Part shown: piece after piece, positions 16,737-27,665 of the stretch
How the letters are laid out: each line of letters starts with the position of its first letter
How positions within the stretch are numbered: position 1 is the stretch's first letter
NCBI GenBank assembly: GCA_963623195.1
Contig: CAVFKA010000010.1
Location: 200,974 to 264,973 of the forward strand
Direction of reading: 5' to 3'
Length of the DNA: 64,000 bases
Origin: a bacterium
GTDB lineage: Bacteria; Bacillota_I; Bacilli_A; RFN20; CAG-826
Translations under genes and position numbers: made by a program
The notes under the pieces: generated by a model
Seen by the model: only the letters and a program-made list of their open reading frames with translations
Database searches by the model: none
What the model was told of the DNA's origin: nothing

Positions 16737-18246
16737 AGTTGTCTAACCCTTTCTTTAAGCGAATAGAGATCTTATTTGCTGGAATTTTGACTGAAACTTC
16801 ATCGCCAACATTCCAAGCATAGGTTGAGTTACAGACGAAATCGTCTTCATTTTCATTTCTGACGAGATATTGATAATGGTCGCCAATCCAAACGGCGGAT
16901 TGAATCTTTCCTTCGATTTGCCCTTCTTCGAGGTTATCGGAGAGTTCAGCGCAATCAAGATCGAAAGAGGCGATGACATCGGCATCCGTTAAATCATATT
17001 CACGGCCATTTTTTGGATCAAGGAGGTATCCATCCTCATTGATGGAAGATCCTTTGAGGAGTTTTGTGATATCAACTTCGAAAGGAACTTCGGAAATATA
17101 GACTTTGTTGTCTTTGCCAATATATGAATCTGGATAAGAGTTTTCTGTGAGTTCTTTTTCCATGATTTGAAGGTTTTCTTTATCAACCGAAATGGAGACT
17201 TTTGAACCGACGAGTCTTGCTTTATGTTCTCTGCAAGTGATCTCGGTTTTTCCTACCTTAAGTTCGTAAGAGTAGTCTTCTCCTTTGAAAACGCTAGAGA
17301 GGATTGTTGCATCAACGACTCCTTCTCCTGGTTCACCAAGGACGACATCTTCTGGACGGATAACGACATCGACTTTCTTATTTAGTGGGAAATCATCGAC
17401 ACATTCCCAAACAGAATTGAGGAAACGAACCTTCTTTTCGCCGCACATCGTGCCAGCGAAGATGTTTGATTCGCCAATGAAGTCGGCAACATAAGCGCTT
17501 GTTGGCTCATTATATATTTGTTCAGGCGTGCCAAGTTGTTGGATGCTGCCATCTTTCATGACGACGACCTTATCGGACATGGAAAGAGCTTCTTCTTGGT
17601 CATGGGTGACATAGATGAAGGTGATTCCGAGCTTTTTATGCATGTTTTTGAGTTCAAGCTGCATATCGACTCTCATCTTATGGTCAAGAGCGGAAAGAGG
17701 TTCATCTAAAAGAAGGACTTCTGGCTCATTGACGATAGCGCGAGCAATGGCGACACGTTGTTGCTGTCCGCCTGAAAGATTAGAGATGTCTCTATCTTCC
17801 ATTTCATCCAAATCTACGATTTCAAGGGCTTTTGCGACCTTTTCATCGATTTCTTTTGCTGAAAGGTGTTTATATTTTATTTTCTTATTGCCCTTACGAT
17901 CAGTTACTTCGTAAGGGATTTTCTTTAACTTAAGTCCGAAAGCAACATTGTCATATACGTCTAAGTTAGGGAACAAAGCGTAATGTTGGAAGACAGTGTT
18001 AACTGGTCTTTGGTAAGGCGGAAGATTAGTAATGTCTCTCCCATTAAGCAGGATTTTGCCAGAAGTCGGAATATCGAAGCCGGCGATCATCCTCAATGTC
18101 GTCGTTTTGCCACACCCTGAAGGGCCAAGCAAGGTGACGAACTCACCTTTTTTGATGTCTAAGCTGACATCGTCAACTGCGTAAAAGGTCTTGTCAAAAA
18201 CCTTACTCACATGTTGAAGAGAGATGATGACATTATTTTCATCCAT
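16723..18246 (-). CDS. potA: Spermidine/putrescine ABC transporter ATP-binding protein, long form
   Basis: 507 aa. Walker A GPSGCGKTT, signature LSGGQQQRVAIARA, Walker B LLLDEPLSALD. C-terminal regulatory beta-domain plus a ~140-aa extension. SD GGAGGT. Confidence 0.9.
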   Translation of the reverse strand: MDENNVIISLQHVSKVFDKTFYAVDDVSLDIKKGEFVTLLGPSGCGKTTTLRMIAGFDIPTSGKILLNGRDITNLPPYQRPVNTVFQHYALFPNLDVYDNVAFGLKLKKIPYEVTDRKGNKKIKYKHLSAKEIDEKVAKALEIVDLDEMEDRDISNLSGGQQQRVAIARAIVNEPEVLLLDEPLSALDHKMRVDMQLELKNMHKKLGITFIYVTHDQEEALSMSDKVVVMKDGSIQQLGTPEQIYNEPTSAYVADFIGESNIFAGTMCGEKKVRFLNSVWECVDDFPLNKKVDVVIRPEDVVLGEPGEGVVDATILSSVFKGEDYSYELKVGKTEITCREHKARLVGSKVSISVDKENLQIMEKELTENSYPDSYIGKDNKVYISEVPFEVDITKLLKGSSINEDGYLLDPKNGREYDLTDADVIASFDLDCAELSDNLEEGQIEGKIQSAVWIGDHYQYLVRNENEDDFVCNSTYAWNVGDEVSVKIPANKISIRLKKGLDNYVRH

Positions 18247-18553
18247 TTGAATACCTCCAATTTAACAGAAGCTGTTGCAAACAGGCTAAGTGATTTCGCT
18301 GCTTAAGAATCGAAAAAACTTAACGGCAAAAATATTGCTGTAAAATTTCAAAAAAAGCAAACATTTTTTTCATCAATTTTTTTGAGCAAAAAATCGTTAA
18401 AATCAAAAGTGAGCCAAGTATCGATATTTACAAGAGAAATGTTAACTTTTTTGAGTCAAAAAATTTTACGTTTTTTTGAACGAAAAAATGCGTTAAAAAT
18501 CCACTCAAAAATTTTGCGTGTTTTTTCAAAGGGTTTTTGAGTATAATTTTTGC

Positions 18554-19669
18554 ATGTTTCAAAAGAAAATTTTGCCACTAATATTAACGAGTCTCACCCT
18601 CTTCTCCTGTGGTGAGAAAAATGAGAATAAAATCTATATTCCTTTTGGGAAAGCGTATGACTCAAGCTTAGCTAGCGATACAAAATCTTTGTATTTGCAT
18701 ACGACAAATATTTCTTATGAAGACTTGAATAGGAAAGTTAAGAATGAGGATAACTTTATCTTATTAATATATGAATATAAGACATTAGAAAAGGGAGAGG
18801 ATATTGAATGTCTTTGCTATACGTCCTTTGCATATAATCTTAATATATATATAAAGAATAATAATGCAGAGATATATGGCATCGATCCAAGCGACTTTAA
18901 AGATAAAAATGATGTGTTTTCTTTAGATATCGTTTCAGGGGAGCAAACTTTAGCGATATTCTCTGAAGGAAAGGTGTTTAGGCAAGAAACGAGTGCCAAT
19001 AACGCCTTATCAACATTAGATAAGATTGACTCCTTCTTCTCTAACGTATCTTTCAGCGATATGTTATATCTTAGCAAAACTCAATTAGATTCGATGTTTC
19101 TTGAGGAAAAGACATTCACGGTTGGATATTTGAGAAAAACATGCTCTGATTGTGCTTACCTCATTAATGATTTCTTGAAAGATTACAACAAATCCTCCTT
19201 TAATAAGAAAATATACGTCATCGACTGCGATAGCGAAGGTATCCGTTATGAAAATGGTGAAGTCAATTCATCCACCTGGCAATCTTTCAAAGATGAATAT
19301 GGCTTATCGAATAAATACAGTGCAGAGTTTGGATATGACGATGGTTATGTTCCGACTTTCTTGACCTATAAGGTATCTTCCAAAAAAGAGCATTATGGAA
19401 ATTATGTTATCGATGGAGCCGTAACATATAATGATGAATTAGCCTTATCTGAGGGGGTTTGCACAATAAGAAACTCCTATTGGAACGGGAAGGAACATCC
19501 TTTCTTCTCCTCTTTGGATTCAAATGTAGAAACTAACTTGCTAAATAAAGAAATTCCTCAAAATGAATATGATAATTATGGCGATGATGGAATCTATTGG
19601 AAGAAAGATTATGCGAGAAATTACCATAATCCTATCATCAAAGGATATTTAGATTTCTATAGCAAATAA
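18554..19669 (+). CDS. Lipoprotein with thioredoxin-like CxxC region
   Basis: Start moved to ATG 18554, giving MFQKKILPLILTSLTLFS-C (lipobox LFSC). The ORF-track start at 18518 is a GTG with no SD. A CxxC sits in a Trx-like context (VGYLRKTCSDCAYLINDF...KIYVIDCD...GYVPTFL). Confidence 0.7.
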   Translation: MFQKKILPLILTSLTLFSCGEKNENKIYIPFGKAYDSSLASDTKSLYLHTTNISYEDLNRKVKNEDNFILLIYEYKTLEKGEDIECLCYTSFAYNLNIYIKNNNAEIYGIDPSDFKDKNDVFSLDIVSGEQTLAIFSEGKVFRQETSANNALSTLDKIDSFFSNVSFSDMLYLSKTQLDSMFLEEKTFTVGYLRKTCSDCAYLINDFLKDYNKSSFNKKIYVIDCDSEGIRYENGEVNSSTWQSFKDEYGLSNKYSAEFGYDDGYVPTFLTYKVSSKKEHYGNYVIDGAVTYNDELALSEGVCTIRNSYWNGKEHPFFSSLDSNVETNLLNKEIPQNEYDNYGDDGIYWKKDYARNYHNPIIKGYLDFYSK

Positions 19670-19692
19670 CTTATATATTTGTTACCTAAAAT

Positions 19693-19722
19693 AAAAAAAG
19701 AACGAATAATTCGTTCTTTTTT
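19693..19722. terminator. Bidirectional intrinsic terminator (lipoprotein gene / tyrS)
   Basis: A7-GAACGAA-TAA-TTCGTTC-T6. Perfect 7-bp stem flanked by A and T runs between convergent genes. Confidence 0.7.
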
Positions 19723-19741
19723 CAAACATGATTTCAGGTCT

Positions 19742-20995
19742 TTAGAATACACCAAGATAGTAATTCTTTTTGCCACGGCGGATGATAACATATTTGCCGG
19801 CGATGGTGTCGTTTTTGGTGATGACTTTATTAAGGTCTGTTACCTTTTCTCCATTGATTGAAACAGAATTTTGTTGAAGGAAGGTCTTAGCTTGGGTTTT
19901 AGATGTTGCCGCACCTGTTTTGACAAGTAAATCAAGAATTGGGGTGTCTCCATCAAGTGGGGTCTTTGAGTAAGAGCCAAGGACTTCTTCTATTTGTTTT
20001 TCATTTAATGTTTGGACTTCGCCAGAGAAGAGGACATTAGACATGGAGATTGCCTCATCGGCTGCATCTTTGCCATGGATGTCTTTTGTGACTTCGTATG
20101 CTAACTTCTTTTGAGCAATACGGGCACCTGGGTTAGCAAGGTGTTCTCTTGCGCAATCTTCAATTTCATCATGAGTTAAGAAAGTGAAGACTTTAAGATA
20201 TCTGATCGCGTCTTCATCAGTTGTATTGTAGAAGAATTGATAGAGTTGATATGGTGAAGTTAATTCTGGGTTAAGGAAAAGAGCGCCTTTTTCTGATTTA
20301 CCGAACTTCTTACCATCAGAACGGGTGATAAGACGGGCGGTCATTGCTTCAGCGTTGGCATCTTCTCCATAAAGTTTTCTGATTAATTGAAGACCACTTG
20401 TGAGATTGCCCCATTGATCGTTTCCGCCGATTTGGATTTTGCAATCGTAATTTTTATAAAGGGTTGCAAAGTCAGCAGATTGAAGGATTTGGTAAGCAAA
20501 TTCCGTGAAAGATATGCCCGCTTCAAGACGGGAAGAGACAATTTCCTTGCTTAACATGTAGTTAACGGAGAAATATTTGCCATAATCACGTAAGAAATCA
20601 AGCATTGTGATATTTCCTAACCAATCATAGTTATTGACTATGATGCCTTTTTCTGGGTCAGAGAGATCTAAGAATCTTTCTAATTGAGCCTTGATGGCGG
20701 CTGTGTTCTTAGCAAGTGTTTCCTTTGTTTGAAGGTTTCTTTCGGCTGATTTGCCAGATGGGTCGCCAATCATGCCGGTTGCTCCACCAACGACAGCAAT
20801 GATTCTATGTCCTGCTCTTTGAAGTCTCATAAGAGTGGAAATCATGACATAGTTACCAACGTGCATAGATGATGCAGATGGGTCAAAACCACAATAAACA
20901 GTTACTTTCTTATCAAATAATTTGCGGACATTTTCTTCATTCGAGTATTGTTCAATAAGTCCGCGATAATTTAATTCATCAACGATATTTTCCAT
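19742..20995 (-). CDS. tyrS: Tyrosine--tRNA ligase
   Basis: 417 aa. Class I HIGH-type motif (MHVGNY), KMSKS-type KFGKSE, C-terminal S4-like domain. SD GAGGT. Confidence 0.95.
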   Translation of the reverse strand: MENIVDELNYRGLIEQYSNEENVRKLFDKKVTVYCGFDPSASSMHVGNYVMISTLMRLQRAGHRIIAVVGGATGMIGDPSGKSAERNLQTKETLAKNTAAIKAQLERFLDLSDPEKGIIVNNYDWLGNITMLDFLRDYGKYFSVNYMLSKEIVSSRLEAGISFTEFAYQILQSADFATLYKNYDCKIQIGGNDQWGNLTSGLQLIRKLYGEDANAEAMTARLITRSDGKKFGKSEKGALFLNPELTSPYQLYQFFYNTTDEDAIRYLKVFTFLTHDEIEDCAREHLANPGARIAQKKLAYEVTKDIHGKDAADEAISMSNVLFSGEVQTLNEKQIEEVLGSYSKTPLDGDTPILDLLVKTGAATSKTQAKTFLQQNSVSINGEKVTDLNKVITKNDTIAGKYVIIRRGKKNYYLGVF

Positions 20996-21051
20996 AGATA
21001 TACCTCGTACGGTGATAATTTTACCTTATTAAAAATAAGAAACAATATTTA

Positions 21052-21081
21052 AAAGAAAAAAGACGTAGTTTTATCTACGCC
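21052..21081 (-). terminator. Intrinsic terminator after groEL
   Basis: Minus-strand GGCGUAG-AUAAAA-CUACGUC followed by UUUUUUCUUUU. Confidence 0.65.
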
Positions 21082-21104
21082 TTTAAATCTATCTTAGATT
21101 TAGA

Positions 21105-23026
<1,922 letters not shown>

Positions 23027-23072
23027 GTTTTCTACCTCCTTTTCTTAACGTTAAGTAATGTAGTTCTACTTT

Positions 23073-23099
23073 TTAGCACTGTCAAGTGGCAAGTGCTAA
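23073..23099. promoter_or_regulatory. CIRCE operator (HrcA binding site) upstream of groES
   Basis: TTAGCACTG-N9-AAGTGCTAA against consensus TTAGCACTC-N9-GAGTGCTAA. The inverted repeat is a perfect 8 bp and sits 47 nt upstream of the groES ATG. Confidence 0.9.
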
Positions 23100-23207
23100 A
23101 AAAATTTAAAAGGGCGAAAATTGTCGAAGAAAAAATTTAAAATTTTATAAAAAAGTTTCCCGTTTAAAACAAAGTCATTCCTTCATTAAAACGTCAAACC
23201 CTTTCTC

Positions 23208-23608
23208 TTATCTTTTTAAAAATTTGTTCCTTAAATAATCCGCTACTTCTTTTGAAATGAGATTCTCAATTTCGCAAATATTAATGCTGCTAGTTGCCTC
23301 ATCCAAATAACAATCATATAAAGGGTTTTGCTTATTTCTTTTATCCTTTAAATATAGAAGATTCTTTCTCAAAAATGGCGGAACGTTCTCCTCATATGCA
23401 TTCTTAGACGCTATAGGTTCTAATTTAATCGCAGCATTCACGGATATGCCCAAAGTTTCACATATTTTTAGAATGATTCTCAGTCTGCAATCAAGCAAAT
23501 TACTTTTTCCAGAAAAAAATATCAAACAAAGTGGTTTTCGAAATGCCACTCTCTTTGCTTAATTTGCAAACTGTATATTTTTTCGATTAATACGTCATTT
23601 AATGTCAT
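23208..23608 (-). pseudogene. XRE-family HTH regulator gene disrupted by two +1 frameshifts in homopolymer runs
   Basis: SD GGAGAA plus ATG at 23608 opens MTLNDVLIEK. The frame is lost at an A6 run (plus-strand T run 23578-23583). The next frame reads YTVCKLSKESGISKTTLFDIF and is lost at a T7 run (plus-strand A run 23513-23519). The third frame continues SGKSNLLDCRLRIILKICETLGISVNAAIKLEP... to the stop at 23208. Confidence 0.7.
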
Positions 23609-23710
23609 TATTTTCTCCATGATAATTATATCGGTTATCAGATATATACAAGGCAATTGTCAAGGATTGGGGTGAACGAGTTAACGCATTAAGATTGATA
23701 AAGCTTGGCG

Positions 23711-23742
23711 AAAAAATAAAAAGATGAGGCAGTACCTCATCT
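23711..23742 (-). terminator. Intrinsic terminator after the LacI-family gene
   Basis: Minus-strand AGAUGAGG-UACUG-CCUCAUCU followed by UUUUAUUUUUU. Confidence 0.7.
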
Positions 23743-23758
23743 TTTCTTTCTCTTCTTA

Positions 23759-24769
23759 TTAATATTTCGTTGAGTCTCTCTTGTTGAACTTCGCTTCTAA
23801 ACGGCATGTTTTCTCAGTGAGATTGTCATTGATAAGATCCGTGAGCATGAGCATTGAGCGTTTGCCAACTTCTGCCATATCAATATCCATGGAGGAGATT
23901 GTTGGGCGAACGATCTTGGCATATTTTGTGCCAACGAGGGAAAGAACCTCTACATCATTTGGAACATTGAGTCCTGCATCAGATGCGGCATTCATGATAG
24001 CGGCAGCTAAAGAGTCACGATATGTGATGTAATAGCCTCTTGCTTTTTCAGGATTATTTTTGAAATGCTCATAGAAATCAGAATATGTATGCGTATAGGA
24101 ATCATCACAATTTTGGATGTGATAATTTCTTCCGAGTTCGTCATGGACTTCAGTGAAGCAATGTTCGCAATGCGTCAATAGACGTCCTCCATCATGAACA
24201 TGGACGAAGGTCATTTCTTTATCTCCACCATCGTTATAGTATCTACGGATGATGTTCTTGAGTTCTTCGCCATAGGAGAACTTAATTGAACCGACCTTAT
24301 CGCCAGTTAAGACAGTATTAACGACGATTGTTGGAACAAAATATGAATTGATTTTCATGATGTCTTCTGTTTCAAGCTCATCATCGAAAATAATTGCGCC
24401 ATCGACGTGGGTGGTGATGACCTTCTCAATCATTGAGAGTGCTTCTTCACGAGAATGCGATGTTGTGAAAAGAGTCAGAACAAAGCCCTTTTGCTTGGCG
24501 ATTTCAGAAATTCCTGAAAGCATGTTTGAGATATAAACATAGTTGGCTCCAGGGATGATAATACCGATATTTGTGGTCTTATTTGTAGCAAGAGCTTGGG
24601 CTAATCCACTTGGTTTGTAGCCTAATTTCTTGATTGTGGACTCAACTTTAGTCCTTGTGGCTTCGGTGACGTTGCCTTGTTTATTAATGACGCGGGAGAC
24701 AGTTGCTAAAGAAACGCCTGCTGCTTGAGCAACTTGGTAGATGGTTACACGATCTTTTAGATTATTCAT
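23759..24769 (-). CDS. LacI-family transcriptional regulator
   Basis: 336 aa. N-terminal HTH (TIYQVAQAAGVSLATVSRVIN) plus a periplasmic-binding-protein-like sugar-binding core. Confidence 0.9.
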   Translation of the reverse strand: MNNLKDRVTIYQVAQAAGVSLATVSRVINKQGNVTEATRTKVESTIKKLGYKPSGLAQALATNKTTNIGIIIPGANYVYISNMLSGISEIAKQKGFVLTLFTTSHSREEALSMIEKVITTHVDGAIIFDDELETEDIMKINSYFVPTIVVNTVLTGDKVGSIKFSYGEELKNIIRRYYNDGGDKEMTFVHVHDGGRLLTHCEHCFTEVHDELGRNYHIQNCDDSYTHTYSDFYEHFKNNPEKARGYYITYRDSLAAAIMNAASDAGLNVPNDVEVLSLVGTKYAKIVRPTISSMDIDMAEVGKRSMLMLTDLINDNLTEKTCRLEAKFNKRDSTKY

Positions 24770-24863
24770 GGTTTTACCCCCAAAATTACAAATTCATTAT
24801 GAAACTTATTTGTAAATTTTCAATGTTTTTTTCATAATTTTTGCAATTTATTTTCTGCCTATT

Positions 24864-24890
24864 AAAAAAAGGCCCATTTTATCGTGGGCC
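24864..24890 (-). terminator. Intrinsic terminator after pncB
   Basis: Minus-strand GGCCCAC-GAUAAAA-UGGGCC followed by UUUUUUU. Confidence 0.7.
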
Positions 24891-24897
24891 AATCTTT

Positions 24898-26415
24898 TTA
24901 AAGGGTTCCGCCATGCAGGGTGCTATAGAGGTTTTCCCTTGTCTTATATACCTTCTCGGTCAAGTCAACGTAATGCTCATGTGGCATCTCAAAACGAAGT
25001 TCAGATTCCCACACTTTGTTTTCAAGTTGGTCTTTAACGAAAGCTTTTTTCTCCGATATTGAAGGAAGATCTTGGGCAAGTTTTCCATCAAGAATGAATG
25101 GAATTAAGAGTTTTTCTACCTTATATGGGATTATCTCGCGACGTTTATGGAAGGCGTCGTTAGAAAGATCGTAGATAATTATAGGTTTGCCCTCTTCAAC
25201 TATTTCATCATCCATCGAGATGATATCGCATTGTCCTTGTCCATTTTCATCAAAGACTCTCCAAGCCATAAGCTTGCCAGGGATTATTGCTTTCGAGGCT
25301 GAATCGGAACATTTCATTTTAGGAGAATAACTTCCATCTTCTTCTTTCACTGCAACAAGTTTGTATACTCCGCCAAAAACAGGGTCCGTTCTTGATGTGA
25401 TGAGGTTTTCCCCAACGCCATAAGAATCAAAATGGGCATCTTCATATATTTCCATTGAACGAATCTTTTTCTCATCAAGGGAATTTGACGCGACAAGTTT
25501 GATATATGGTTTCCCTGCTTTGTCTAAGGCTTTTCTTAAACGTTTGTATGAGCGGGATAAGTCACCTGAATCTATACGTGCTGCTTTTACGCGTTTTGTT
25601 GGATCGTTAGGATATTTAGCAATCAACTCATCATCTATCTTAATAAGATTAGGTAAGCCTGAGTCGAATACGGAATAGGTGTCTAAGAGAAGAGAGACGT
25701 TATTTGGATAGGTATCAGCAAAGGCTCTAAAAGCACTTAATTCATCAGGGAAGAATTCGATGAAGGAGTGTGCAACTGTGCCTACTGCCTTGACTTCATC
25801 TCCATATCTCATCTCAGCTAAGCAGTTAGCTGTTCCGATACATCCGCCAAGAATTGCGGCATAAGCGCCATCATTTCCAGCCGATTCACCTTGGGCGCGG
25901 CGTGTTCCAAATTCCATGACGTTTCTTTCTTTATGTGTTGCTAAGCCTGATATTCTCGTGGCCTTTGTGGCAATCAAGGAATGGAAATTCATTGTTTGGA
26001 GGAGGTAGGTTTCAATAAGAATGGCGCCAACCATATCACATTCGATACGAACCATCGGGACTTGAGGGTAGCAAACGCTTCCTTCTTTTAAGGCGTACAT
26101 ATCACCATTCCATTTATAGGTTGAAAGATATTCGAGGAATTCATCGGACATCCCTTTGGTCTTTAAATAAATAAGATCGCGCTCAGTGAAATGGTAATTG
26201 AGTAAGAATTTGGTTAGTTTATGTTGCCCACAGGCGATTGAATAGCCGAGTTTGTCAGGGTTTTCTCTGAAAAACATGTCAAAGACCATTCTTTTGTCTT
26301 TGAAACCATGGAGAAATAGGCAATTGGCCATGCTGAATTCATAGAAATCAGTCACCATGGCTGGATTGTCATATTCTTCATCGGGGATATATGGCTCTAC
26401 TTTGATGTTGCTCAT
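24898..26415 (-). CDS. pncB: Nicotinate phosphoribosyltransferase
   Basis: 505 aa. N-terminal TDFYEFSMANCLF and central GTRRAQG / GTVAHSFIE motifs of the NAPRTase family. Confidence 0.85.
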   Translation of the reverse strand: MSNIKVEPYIPDEEYDNPAMVTDFYEFSMANCLFLHGFKDKRMVFDMFFRENPDKLGYSIACGQHKLTKFLLNYHFTERDLIYLKTKGMSDEFLEYLSTYKWNGDMYALKEGSVCYPQVPMVRIECDMVGAILIETYLLQTMNFHSLIATKATRISGLATHKERNVMEFGTRRAQGESAGNDGAYAAILGGCIGTANCLAEMRYGDEVKAVGTVAHSFIEFFPDELSAFRAFADTYPNNVSLLLDTYSVFDSGLPNLIKIDDELIAKYPNDPTKRVKAARIDSGDLSRSYKRLRKALDKAGKPYIKLVASNSLDEKKIRSMEIYEDAHFDSYGVGENLITSRTDPVFGGVYKLVAVKEEDGSYSPKMKCSDSASKAIIPGKLMAWRVFDENGQGQCDIISMDDEIVEEGKPIIIYDLSNDAFHKRREIIPYKVEKLLIPFILDGKLAQDLPSISEKKAFVKDQLENKVWESELRFEMPHEHYVDLTEKVYKTRENLYSTLHGGTL

Positions 26416-26427
26416 ATTATATTTTCC

Positions 26428-27027
26428 TTAATTATTAGGATAGAAGAAATCTTCTCCCTCAGAATATCCTTCAGGGATAAATGCTTCTTTGTAGTTATCG
26501 GAGACTTTTAATTCTTTTCCAGAGCATAATGTCGCATCTACTGGAATGTTCTTGACGAGTTTCTTGCTAAAGAGGGAACCGTCATAGAGGATCGTTCCAT
26601 CAAGGGCAACAACGACCATCTTTCCAATTTCTAGGTTTTTATAATGGGAGACGGCTTGATATGTCTTTTCTCCATCTTTGAGGGTGACAATACTAGCCTT
26701 TTCATCAAGAGGGTGTTCCTCAAGATTGGAAATGGTAAGGACTTTGAAACCGGAATTTGAGGTTTCTTCAAGTCTTGGAGCATTGGAGTTCTCTAGCAAA
26801 TCGTTGATTGTCTTCAAAAGAAGGGTATCAGGGGCGAATATAGCTCCATGGGATTTAAGCTTTGCAATCCTTGAGACATTGAAAATGTTGATGCCGACTA
26901 ACTCTTTATTTGCATATAAAGTCGTGACGTCTCCATTAGTGATGATCTCATCAGGTTTTTTCTCAGGGTTGATAACGACGAAGAGAACGTCACCATTGCT
27001 TTCGAAATCATAAAATAAGCGATACAT
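26428..27027 (-). CDS. YtpR-like tRNA-binding-domain protein
   Basis: 199 aa. C-terminal OB-fold tRNA_bind pattern (EEHPLDEKASIVTLKDGEKTYQAVSHYKNLEIGKMVVVALDGT...CSGKEL). Confidence 0.65.
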   Translation of the reverse strand: MYRLFYDFESNGDVLFVVINPEKKPDEIITNGDVTTLYANKELVGINIFNVSRIAKLKSHGAIFAPDTLLLKTINDLLENSNAPRLEETSNSGFKVLTISNLEEHPLDEKASIVTLKDGEKTYQAVSHYKNLEIGKMVVVALDGTILYDGSLFSKKLVKNIPVDATLCSGKELKVSDNYKEAFIPEGYSEGEDFFYPNN

Positions 27028-27041
27028 ATTCTTTTGCTCCT

Positions 27042-27665
27042 TTATTTCTTCTTTTTCATCAAGATTCGATGAATTGATTTTCCAACTGAGCGGAAATTTC
27101 TTTCATATTCAGATGCAACATCGTTTTCTTCATCGAATTTATAGTCTTCTTCATTAAGATACATCTCAAATGGAGAAAGAGGGATTTGTTCAAGGGTGAA
27201 GGCATAGAGGGAATCGTTATCCGTCTTGATTCTCATCTCTCCGTCATCTTTTAATAGTTTAGAGAATTCCTCTAAGCGTTTCACGTGTGTGAGTCTTCTC
27301 TTTTCATGCCTCTTTTTCGGCCATGGGTCAGAAAAGTTAAGATATATTGTGTCGAATCTAAGTTTTTCGAGTTCTGGCAAAAGAACATCGAAGTCTCGGT
27401 TAATGACGCGAATGTTGCTTAAAGTTGATTCAACGATCTTTTTAGCCATTATTCCAGCAATGGATACTTCTCTTTCGATAGCTAGAAAATTGACATCAGG
27501 ATGTTTCTTTGCCATGCCAATAACAAAGTCACCTTTGCCAGATCCGACCTCAAGATGAAGTTTTTCGTTTTGGAAAAACGGATCGTTAAGATCAATGTTT
27601 TTCAAAACTAATTCGTTATGTTCTTCTAGAAAGGGGGATGCCCATTTCTTAAAACGTCCTCTCAC
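27042..27665 (-). CDS. trmB: tRNA (guanine-N7)-methyltransferase
   Basis: 207 aa. LEVGSGKGDF SAM motif and FSDPWPKKRHEKRRL TrmB signature. Confidence 0.9.
   Translation of the reverse strand: MRGRFKKWASPFLEEHNELVLKNIDLNDPFFQNEKLHLEVGSGKGDFVIGMAKKHPDVNFLAIEREVSIAGIMAKKIVESTLSNIRVINRDFDVLLPELEKLRFDTIYLNFSDPWPKKRHEKRRLTHVKRLEEFSKLLKDDGEMRIKTDNDSLYAFTLEQIPLSPFEMYLNEEDYKFDEENDVASEYERNFRSVGKSIHRILMKKKK

Noticed and set aside
18247-18340. A possible riboswitch or attenuator in the potA leader (imperfect AGCCTGTT...AACAGCT hairpins).
   Set aside because: The stems are short and bulged, with no following U-run and no resemblance to a known riboswitch class that I can recognise. The evidence is insufficient to call a feature.
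20996-21104. A T-box riboswitch upstream of tyrS (and likewise for leuS at about 33016-33028).
   Set aside because: Only about 109 nt separate tyrS from groEL, and that space is largely taken by the groEL terminator. leuS has only a 13-nt spacer after glgA. Neither can hold a 200-300-nt T-box leader, and no specifier or T-box motif is evident.
23595-23807. A 70-aa minus-strand ORF between the XRE remnant and the LacI-family gene.
   Set aside because: It runs through the LacI-family gene's terminator hairpin and the XRE promoter region. It overlaps the 3' end of the LacI-family gene, has no SD and shows no recognisable features.
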